Positions 57,008-64,000 of a DNA stretch of 64,000 nt are shown in pieces. The notes under the pieces are model-generated. The model was not told where the DNA came from and made no database searches. It saw nothing but the letters and a program-made list of their open reading frames with translations. A program made the position numbers and the translations under genes. The DNA is from Candidatus Gottesmanbacteria bacterium UBA6580 (GTDB lineage Bacteria > Patescibacteriota > Microgenomatia > UBA10105 > UBA927). The stretch spans positions 511,745-575,744 of the forward strand of contig DJJA01000003.1 in assembly GCA_002433895.1 (NCBI GenBank), written 5' to 3'. How positions within the stretch are numbered: the first letter of the stretch is position 1; each line of letters opens with the position of its first letter.

Positions 57008-58189
57008 ATGAACATTTTATTTGTTTCCGCCATTCTTCCGTACCCGTTGCGTTCCGGGGGTCAAATCCGTATTTATAATCTCCTCAAGCGGTTAAGTAAG
57101 CATCACGCCGTGACGCTCGTTTCTTTTATCCGCGAGGAAGGAGAGCGTGAATTTCTTGGTGACCTTGATTTTTGTGAGCGCGTCGCGGTGGTTATGCGTG
57201 GCCGCGCATGGCAACCCAAATACATTCTCCGGGCAGCGGCAGGGGCGTATCCTTTTCTTCTTGCGACATATCAGCACGAACAGATGCGTCAGGAGATTGC
57301 CCGTCTTATTTCGGAAAAAACGTATGACATTGTCCATATCGAGCCGTTTTATGTCATACCGTCTTTGCCCGCGAAGCATCCGCCACTGGTAGTTTCTGAA
57401 CATAACGTGGAGTATGAGGTTTATGGAGGTTACGCGCGCCGGTTTTCGGGTATGATCCTCCGGCCGCTGTTACACTGGGATGTTGCAAAAATGAAACACT
57501 GGGAGCGGTTGAGCTGGCGTACAGCGAGTGCCGTTACCGCAGTATCGGAAGATGACGCTGCTGTTATCGAAGCGTACGTGCATCATCCGGTCCCGGTTGT
57601 GCCCAATGGCGTCGATATTGAAAGTTTTCCGTTTCGTTTGCCGAAGGCCGCGGAAAGTCCCATGATATTATTTGTCGGAAATTTCCGTTGGCATCCCAAT
57701 CAGGACGCGGCATACACGCTCGTCGGACGTATTTGGCCGCGGCTTCAGGAGAGAATAAAAAACGCCCGGCTTCGTATTGTCGGTAAGGATATTCCGGCGA
57801 AGCTGCGCCGTATGGCGGAAGGTGTTGGTGGACAGGTAGACGAAAATGCCGAAGATATCGCGTCGGTGTACCGTCAAGCTGATGTGCTGGTAGCGCCGCA
57901 CGCGATTTCGGGAGGCACGAAGTTTAAGATGCTGGAAGCGATGGCTACGGGACTTCCAATTGTGACGACAAAGGAGGGAGTGGCTGGGTTAGCTATGGAG
58001 CAGGATATTCATTTTCTGTCGGCTGAAACGCCAGATGAATTTGTTACCGCGATTGCATCCATATGCGAGAGTGATGTTACGCGTCAGACGCTTGCCAAAA
58101 ACGGCAGAAAACTTATCGAATCCAGATATAATTGGGATAGCATCGCCAAAACGCTCGAGGGTGTATGGCAAAAGGCATCACATGAATAA
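57008..58189 (+). CDS. GT4-family glycosyltransferase
   Basis: Opens MNILFVSAILPYPLRSGGQIRIYNLLK and contains KFKMLEAMATGLPIVTT. Confidence 0.8.
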   Translation: MNILFVSAILPYPLRSGGQIRIYNLLKRLSKHHAVTLVSFIREEGEREFLGDLDFCERVAVVMRGRAWQPKYILRAAAGAYPFLLATYQHEQMRQEIARLISEKTYDIVHIEPFYVIPSLPAKHPPLVVSEHNVEYEVYGGYARRFSGMILRPLLHWDVAKMKHWERLSWRTASAVTAVSEDDAAVIEAYVHHPVPVVPNGVDIESFPFRLPKAAESPMILFVGNFRWHPNQDAAYTLVGRIWPRLQERIKNARLRIVGKDIPAKLRRMAEGVGGQVDENAEDIASVYRQADVLVAPHAISGGTKFKMLEAMATGLPIVTTKEGVAGLAMEQDIHFLSAETPDEFVTAIASICESDVTRQTLAKNGRKLIESRYNWDSIAKTLEGVWQKASHE

Positions 58190-59072
58190 ATCAGGCACAA
58201 CTATTGATCTATCGGTTGTTATTTTAAATTTTAATACCCGCGATCTCACCCGTGCGTGTCTGTTGACGGTGCTAAACTCACGGCTCGGTAAATACCGAAT
58301 GGAAGTGATTGTGTGTGATAACGGCTCGACCGACGGAAGCCAGGAAATGATCGAGAATGATTTCCCCGGCGTTAATTTCATCAAAAATGGGAAAAATGTC
58401 GGATTTGCGGCGGGTAATAATCCGGGTATCAGGCGCGCCAAAGGAAGATATGTGTTGCTCCTCAACACCGATACGGAAGTGCCACCGGAAACGTTTTCCG
58501 CCATGATTGCGTTTATGGATGATCATAAAGACGCTGGGGCGGCAACCTGTAAGATATTGCTACCGGGCGGCTCGATGGATGCGGCGTGCCATCGGGGATT
58601 TCCGACGCCATGGGTCGCGTTTACCTATGTGACAAAACTGGAGAAACTGTTTCCGAAAACCAGACTATTCGGAGAATATCACCAGGGGTACAAGGATTTT
58701 TCGAAGGTGCATGAGGTCGACTGCATTGTCGGCGCGTTTTTTATGGTCAGACGCGCGGTTATAGAGGATGTCGGGTTGCTCGATGAAGATTATTTCATGT
58801 ATGGGGAAGATATCGATTGGGCATATAGAATCCGGTCAAAAGGCTGGAAAATTTTATTTAATCCTGAGGTGACCATCCTACATAAAAAGAAGCAAAGCGG
58901 CCGGGCAAACAACCGTAAGGACCGGAGAATTACCACTGAGATATATTTTCATCAGTACAATTGGTTATTTTATACCAAAAATTACGCGAAGAAATATGGC
59001 TTTCTGCTTACTTTTTTGGTGAATAGCTTTTATACATGCCGGATATTTTTGCTCAAGAAATTCGGTATTTGA
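58182..59072 (+). CDS. GT2-family glycosyltransferase
   Basis: Opens LSVVILNFNTRDLTRACLLTVLNS...VIVCDNGSTDGS and carries LLLNTDTEV. Start moved from the ORF-track 58035 to the internal ATG 58182 (MNKSGTTIDLSVV), giving an 8-nt overlap with the upstream stop. Confidence 0.8.
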   Translation: MNKSGTTIDLSVVILNFNTRDLTRACLLTVLNSRLGKYRMEVIVCDNGSTDGSQEMIENDFPGVNFIKNGKNVGFAAGNNPGIRRAKGRYVLLLNTDTEVPPETFSAMIAFMDDHKDAGAATCKILLPGGSMDAACHRGFPTPWVAFTYVTKLEKLFPKTRLFGEYHQGYKDFSKVHEVDCIVGAFFMVRRAVIEDVGLLDEDYFMYGEDIDWAYRIRSKGWKILFNPEVTILHKKKQSGRANNRKDRRITTEIYFHQYNWLFYTKNYAKKYGFLLTFLVNSFYTCRIFLLKKFGI

Positions 59073-59073
59073 T

Positions 59074-60189
59074 ATGACCATAGGTATAGATGCACGATTG
59101 ATTGATGAAACCGGAGTAGGGAGGTATATCAAAAACCTTATTTCCCAGCTCTCGGCTATTGATACCACAAATTCGTATGTGGTTTTTTTAACAGAGAAAG
59201 CGTTTGGTTCGTTTAAGGCACCTAATGCACGCTGGAAAAAAGTTGAGGCGGGGGTTCGGTGGCATACTGTTAAAGAACAGTTCGTCATGCCCAGGCTATT
59301 TGCCCGTGAACATTGTGATCTTGTACATATCCCTTATCACAATCCGCCGATACTGTATTCCGGATCAATGGTGCTTACTATTCATGACCTTATCATTTTA
59401 CATTTTGATACAGGGAACGCGACCACGCTTCCTATTCCCCTCTATAAACTCAAGCGGTTAGGATATTTTATCGAATTGTGGATCGGGTTACGGAAAGCGA
59501 AACGTATTATCGCCGTATCCGAAGCTACAAAGCAGGAGATTGTTGACCATTTTGGTATTACACCAGAGAAAATAATAGTAACGTATGAAGGGGTGGATGA
59601 GCATATTCTTGCCGCGGGCAGTGAAAAATCGATGGGAGCGATCCAGAAAATTATAGACGGACAGTATGTGTTGTATGTGGGTAACGCGTATCCCCACAAA
59701 AATTTAGATACGCTGCTCAAGGCGTTTGTGTTGCTCCGTAAAAAAAACCCGTCAGAGAGTATAAAGTTGGTGCTGGTCGGTAACGACAACTTTTTTTATC
59801 GTCGTCTGAAAACGACAGCCGCCACACTGGGACTTGATGACGAGGTGGTGTTTTTTGGCCAGGCAAATGACGCTGAACTTTTCCATTTGTATACGCATGC
59901 CCGGGCCTTTGTGTTTCCATCGCTTATGGAAGGGTTTGGGTTACCCGCCCTGGAGGCGCTTTCACTTGGGTGTCCGGTTATTGTGTCCGATATCCCGGTT
60001 TTCCATGAAATATTGGGTGATGCCGCGCGTTACGTCGATCCCCGCAACCCCGCTCTGATCGCCGGGGCAATTTTGGATACAGAACCGTATCATAATACAC
60101 GGCGTGCTCAATTACCCCGGGTGCCGTATAATTGGCGCTCAATGGCAGAACGTACATTAGCTCTCTATGAAGGTAGCATTCGTTTATGA
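59074..60189 (+). CDS. GT4-family glycosyltransferase
   Basis: Opens MTIGIDARLIDETGVGRY and contains EGFGLPALEALSLGCPVIVSDIPVFHEILGDAARYVDP. Confidence 0.85.
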   Translation: MTIGIDARLIDETGVGRYIKNLISQLSAIDTTNSYVVFLTEKAFGSFKAPNARWKKVEAGVRWHTVKEQFVMPRLFAREHCDLVHIPYHNPPILYSGSMVLTIHDLIILHFDTGNATTLPIPLYKLKRLGYFIELWIGLRKAKRIIAVSEATKQEIVDHFGITPEKIIVTYEGVDEHILAAGSEKSMGAIQKIIDGQYVLYVGNAYPHKNLDTLLKAFVLLRKKNPSESIKLVLVGNDNFFYRRLKTTAATLGLDDEVVFFGQANDAELFHLYTHARAFVFPSLMEGFGLPALEALSLGCPVIVSDIPVFHEILGDAARYVDPRNPALIAGAILDTEPYHNTRRAQLPRVPYNWRSMAERTLALYEGSIRL

Positions 60190-61291
60190 TCGTGTGAACA
60201 AATGGGGAGGTGCTGAAAGGGTGCTCCTTGCCCTACATAAAATCTGGCCTGACGCGCCACTGTTTACTGCGGTGTATGACAAGAAACGCGCGGCATGGGC
60301 AGATGTGTTTGAGGTACACCCTTCTTTCTTGCAGCGCATTCCCGGCGCGTCTTTTGCGCATGAATCATTGCCTGGTCTCACTCCTATGGCGTTCGAGGCA
60401 TTTATGTTTGATGAATACGATGTGGTGATTTCCGTTACGAGCGCTGAGGCCAAAAATATTATTACTAAACCCCAAACTCTGCATATCTGTTATTGCCTCA
60501 CACCTACACGGTATTTGTGGAGCGGGTTTGACCAGTACCTGAAGCAGCCAGGATTAGGCAAACTAAGCGCTATCGCGGGATGGGGTTTAAAAACATTTGC
60601 TCCTATGCTTCGGCGGTGGGATGTCGTAGCAGCAAGCAGACCTGATTTTTTTATCGCGATTTCTCAACGGGTAAAGGAACGGATCAGAAAGTATTACGGT
60701 CGCGATGTCGTAGCGGTTGTCTACCCGCCAGTTGATACGGGGAGATTTGTGTCACGCGGATCCGCAACTCGCGCAAACGGCGATTACTTTTTGACCGTAT
60801 CAAGACTGGTGAGTTATAAGAGGCTGGATATAATCATCCAGGCATTTAACGCGTTATCGCTTCCATTGATAATTATCGGGGACGGACGACAGAAACGGGA
60901 ACTCAAAAAAATGGCCGGTCCGTCAATCCGGTTTATCGATCATCATTTGACAGATTCTGAACTTGTCCGATATTATGAGGGATGTCGCGCGTTTGTGTAT
61001 GCCGCTGATGAAGACTTCGGACTTGCCGCCGCGGAAGCACAAGCGTTGGGGGTTCCGGTCATAGCATACAGTCAAAGCGGAGTTGCAGAGGTTGTAAAAG
61101 ATCGTGTATCGGGCGTATTATTTGATCAGCAGACAGTTACGTCACTGAAAACGGCAGTAGGTAAATTTTTATCGTTGCGGTTTTCGAAAAAGGTTTGTCG
61201 CGCTCAGGTAGAAGCAATGAGTGAAGCACATTTTCGTAAAAGTATAAGCGATATAGTCCATTCTTTGCACCAAAAAAATAAACATATATGA
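60167..61291 (+). CDS. GT4-family glycosyltransferase
   Basis: Opens MKVAFVYDRVNKWGGAERV and contains AADEDFGLAAAEAQALGVPVIAYSQSG. Confidence 0.8.
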   Translation: MKVAFVYDRVNKWGGAERVLLALHKIWPDAPLFTAVYDKKRAAWADVFEVHPSFLQRIPGASFAHESLPGLTPMAFEAFMFDEYDVVISVTSAEAKNIITKPQTLHICYCLTPTRYLWSGFDQYLKQPGLGKLSAIAGWGLKTFAPMLRRWDVVAASRPDFFIAISQRVKERIRKYYGRDVVAVVYPPVDTGRFVSRGSATRANGDYFLTVSRLVSYKRLDIIIQAFNALSLPLIIIGDGRQKRELKKMAGPSIRFIDHHLTDSELVRYYEGCRAFVYAADEDFGLAAAEAQALGVPVIAYSQSGVAEVVKDRVSGVLFDQQTVTSLKTAVGKFLSLRFSKKVCRAQVEAMSEAHFRKSISDIVHSLHQKNKHI

Positions 61292-62373
61292 AAGCAATTA
61301 TTTTTGCAGGAGGAGTAGGAACTCGATTGTGGCCACTTTCCCGTAAAAAATCTCCCAAGCAGTTTGAAAAAATTATCGGTGATAAATCCACGCTGCAATT
61401 AGCGGCAGAGCGTTTGCAACCAGATTTTTCGTGGGAAGATGTGTATGTGTCCACTGGCGCGCGCTATGTACCGATCGTACAGCAGCAGTTATCAAAGTTA
61501 CCCCCGCGTCAGGTTATTGGTGAGCCGGAGGTTCGTGATGTCGGTCCCGCAGTAGGACTCATGACAGCTATTTTGGCAAAAGAATCACCTGAAGAGCCGA
61601 TGGTAATTCTCTGGAGTGATCACTTGGTTAAAAAGCAGGAATTGTTCCGCCGGCTGCTTCGCGTTGCCGGAGAGGTAGTGAAGAAAGATCCGGAAAAGAT
61701 TGTCTTTGTGGCACAAAAACCCCGGTTTGCCAGCGAAAATTTGGGATGGATATCATACGGATCCGAAGTGACGGAACAAGATGGTGTTACATTTAACAAC
61801 TTCGTGGACTTCCAATACCGCCCGGACGCCAAAACGGCAAAAGCATATTTTGAGAGCGGACATCACGCGTGGAATTTAGGGTACTTTGTGACCACTCCCG
61901 CGTTTTTATGGAAGCAATATCAGGCGTTTGCTCCGAATTTAGCGACCAGCATCATGAAAATCGCTGATCAATGGGGCACGCCACAGTTTTCGAAAGTATT
62001 GGAAGAAGTATATCCGACACTGGAAAAAATAAGCTTTGATAACGCGATACTTGAAAAATTGGATCCCAGCGCCGCGCTGGTTGTATCAGAAAATATTGAG
62101 TGGAGCGATATCGGCGCATGGGAAGCGCTCAAGGAGGCACTCGAGGAAACAAATGATAAAAACGTGACGCAGGGGAAAGTGATGCTTACGGATACCAACG
62201 ACAGTCTGGTGTATAACTACAACGATAAGCAATTGGTCGTCACCATAGATATGGATGAAGTTCTGGTGGTAAACACTGATGATGTGCTGCTTGTTTGTCG
62301 CAAATCTTCGGTTCCTAAAGTGAAAAAACTGGTCGAATCTATGCACGGTACGGAAAACGATCATTTAACCTAG
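61288..62373 (+). CDS. manC: Mannose-1-phosphate guanylyltransferase (sugar nucleotidyltransferase)
   Basis: Opens MKAIIFAGGVGTRLWPLSRKKSPKQF, the GG-x-GTRLWPLSR...PKQF signature of ManC/CpsB-type enzymes. 361 aa. Confidence 0.75.
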   Translation: MKAIIFAGGVGTRLWPLSRKKSPKQFEKIIGDKSTLQLAAERLQPDFSWEDVYVSTGARYVPIVQQQLSKLPPRQVIGEPEVRDVGPAVGLMTAILAKESPEEPMVILWSDHLVKKQELFRRLLRVAGEVVKKDPEKIVFVAQKPRFASENLGWISYGSEVTEQDGVTFNNFVDFQYRPDAKTAKAYFESGHHAWNLGYFVTTPAFLWKQYQAFAPNLATSIMKIADQWGTPQFSKVLEEVYPTLEKISFDNAILEKLDPSAALVVSENIEWSDIGAWEALKEALEETNDKNVTQGKVMLTDTNDSLVYNYNDKQLVVTIDMDEVLVVNTDDVLLVCRKSSVPKVKKLVESMHGTENDHLT

Positions 62374-62378
62374 GGCCG

Positions 62379-63023
62379 GTGCGCGTTATGTATACTTTTT
62401 TAAAACGGCTAATAGACATCGTCGGCAGCATAGTGCTGGGTCTGATATTTCTCCCCATAAGTATTTTGGTCGCAGCGGCGATCACATTAGATAGTCCTGG
62501 TCCCGTGTTTGCTGATACACCACAGCGGGTTGGTAAAAACGGGAAACCCTTTAAACTTTTTAAATTCAGATCAATGATCGTTAATGCCCATATTAAGCTC
62601 CGTACAGATCCTAAGCTCAAGAAGCTCTATCAGGAATACAAAAGGAACAGTTATAAACTTCGGGAAGATCCGAGAGTGACAATGGTGGGGCGGTTTATCC
62701 GTAAACATTCGTTAGACGAAATTCCCCAGTTTTTAAATGTGTTAAAGGGAGATATGAGCCTCGTGGGGCCCCGGCCGTATTACGCGGATGAGTTGGTCGA
62801 GCAACAGCGCAAATATCCGCACACCAAGGAACTCGTAAAGATTGTGTTATCTGCGCGTCCCGGGATAACCGGTTGGTGGCAGGTATCCGGACGGAGTGAA
62901 GTAAATTTTGATAAACGGATAAAACTTGATGCTGACTATGTGCTGAAACGGAGTTTATTTTTGGATATCTATATATTGTTAAAAAGCCCCTGGGCCATGA
63001 TCTCCGGCAGGGGAGCAGTATAG
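62379..63023 (+). CDS. Initiating polyprenyl-phosphate sugar-1-phosphate transferase (small PglC/WbaP-C-type bacterial sugar transferase)
   Basis: N-terminal TM IVGSIVLGLIFLPISILVAAAITL, then PGPVFADTPQRVGKNGKPFKLFKFRSM...DEIPQFLNVLKGDMSLVGPRP. Confidence 0.8.
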   Translation: MRVMYTFLKRLIDIVGSIVLGLIFLPISILVAAAITLDSPGPVFADTPQRVGKNGKPFKLFKFRSMIVNAHIKLRTDPKLKKLYQEYKRNSYKLREDPRVTMVGRFIRKHSLDEIPQFLNVLKGDMSLVGPRPYYADELVEQQRKYPHTKELVKIVLSARPGITGWWQVSGRSEVNFDKRIKLDADYVLKRSLFLDIYILLKSPWAMISGRGAV

Positions 63024-63056
63024 TCATACAGATTATTTGTAGAGTGCCGGGGTTGA

Positions 63057-63084
63057 CCCCGATAGAATCGGGGTTGACTTTTTT
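63057..63084 (+). terminator. Candidate rho-independent terminator after the phosphoglycosyltransferase gene
   Basis: Stem CCCCGAT (63057-63063), loop AGA, stem ATCGGGG (63067-63073), then TTGAC and a T6 run (63079-63084). Confidence 0.35.
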
Positions 63085-63108
63085 ACCCCTACCCCCGACA
63101 ATAATTCC

Positions 63109-64000
63109 ATGGTTGAAGAACTGAAAAAGATTACTGTTGATACAAAACCGGATACGGTTATGACGGCACCCAAGAAAAAATTTAAGGCAAAATTCGTGCT
63201 TATTCCGCTCGGGATATTACTTGCGGTTATCGCAATAATCGGTGTTATGTTGTTACCGCTCCGCGGGGTGATGGCAAGAGCAAAGGATGTTGCGGCTATC
63301 GGCAGGCAAACCGCTGACGCACTCAAAAATCAGGATCTCGCTGCTACCAAAGATGGTCTATCCAAGACCCGTATTGAATTTACCAAGTTATCAGAAGAAT
63401 ACAACAAAATAACCGGACTCCGGTTTGTCCCGGTTTTGGGGGCATACGTAAACGACGGGTCACATGGGATTAAAGCCGGTTTTGCCGCACTGGATGCGGC
63501 TGACCGCGCGATAGAAGCACTGGAACCTAACGCGGACTTGTTGGGATTTACCGGCGGTGGCAAATTTGTGCAGGGTTCAGCTGATGAGCGCATACAGGTT
63601 GCCGTAAAGACTATGAAAGCACTGACCCCCAAGATAAACGAAATGGCGGGTTCGATTGATACGATGCGGAAAGAGCTGGATTATATAGATCCAAACCGGT
63701 ACCCCACCAAAATCGGTAAAACGGTTGTGCGCGCGAGACTGCAGGAGATGAAAGACGTGATCGACAATGCAGCGAATTTGTTTGTAAATGCACAGCCGCT
63801 GCTCGTCAACTTGCCGGCAATGCTTGGAGAGCCGGAGATGCGACGGTACCTCGTGTTGTTCCAAAATGACAAAGAATTACGTTCAACCGGAGGGTTTCTT
63901 ACCGCATACGCACAGTTCCGGTTAGATAAAGGCAAGATGATCCTCGAAAAATCCTCCGATATTTATGATCTCGATAACGCGTTGAAAAAGAAATTCCCGG
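63109..64000 (+). CDS. DUF4012-like envelope protein (N-terminal part; continues past the window end)
   Basis: ATG at 63109 opens a frame with no stop before 64000: MVEELKK...KFVLIPLGILLAVIAIIGVMLL (single TM) ...RRYLVLFQNDKELRSTGGFLTAYAQ. As I recall, the LxQNxxELRxTGG motif is characteristic of DUF4012 proteins, which often sit next to polysaccharide loci. Confidence 0.45.
   Translation, partial: MVEELKKITVDTKPDTVMTAPKKKFKAKFVLIPLGILLAVIAIIGVMLLPLRGVMARAKDVAAIGRQTADALKNQDLAATKDGLSKTRIEFTKLSEEYNKITGLRFVPVLGAYVNDGSHGIKAGFAALDAADRAIEALEPNADLLGFTGGGKFVQGSADERIQVAVKTMKALTPKINEMAGSIDTMRKELDYIDPNRYPTKIGKTVVRARLQEMKDVIDNAANLFVNAQPLLVNLPAMLGEPEMRRYLVLFQNDKELRSTGGFLTAYAQFRLDKGKMILEKSSDIYDLDNALKKKFP

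Noticed and set aside
1-64000. Search for CRISPR arrays, DGR template/variable repeats, transposase/integrase genes, tRNA or rRNA
   Set aside because: No regularly spaced direct repeats, no reverse-transcriptase- or recombinase-like ORFs, and no intergenic space large enough for stable RNAs were found. The window appears to be uninterrupted biosynthetic genes.

Overview
This 64-kb window is almost entirely protein-coding, with about 53 genes and a long unidirectional + block from 4929 to 43914. I found no rRNA, tRNA, CRISPR array or mobile-element genes. It reads as one very large cell-envelope glycan biosynthesis and glycosylation supercluster. Identified from motifs in the ORF translations: about 18 polytopic GT-C-type membrane glycosyltransferase candidates, among them four tandem PMT/ArnT-like (GT39) paralogs and six YfhO-like proteins sharing a C-terminal Y-x-PGW motif; 7 GT2 polyprenyl-phosphate-sugar-synthase-like enzymes; 9 GT4 glycosyltransferases; 5 class I SAM methyltransferases; 6 SDR nucleotide-sugar enzymes, including clear homologs of GDP-mannose 3,5-epimerase, UDP-xylose synthase, GalE and an RfbE/Tyv-like epimerase; 2 hexapeptide acetyltransferases; a Wzx-like flippase; and, at the 3' end, mannose-1-P guanylyltransferase, a small PglC/WbaP-type initiating phosphoglycosyltransferase and a DUF4012-like protein. 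Two giant fusion proteins stand out: a 1336-aa membrane protein ending in an SGNH hydrolase domain, and a 1063-aa protein combining a Wzy/WaaL-like ligase-polymerase domain with a GT-C-like domain. The repeated GT2 + flippase + YfhO/GT-C pattern suggests many CsbB/YfhO- or GtrABC-like extracytoplasmic glycosylation modules stacked in one locus. An origin in an uncultivated lineage (CPR/Patescibacteria-like or similar) is only a guess from this paralog density. All functional calls rest on motif recognition in the supplied translations and on established family knowledge; no database searches were run.
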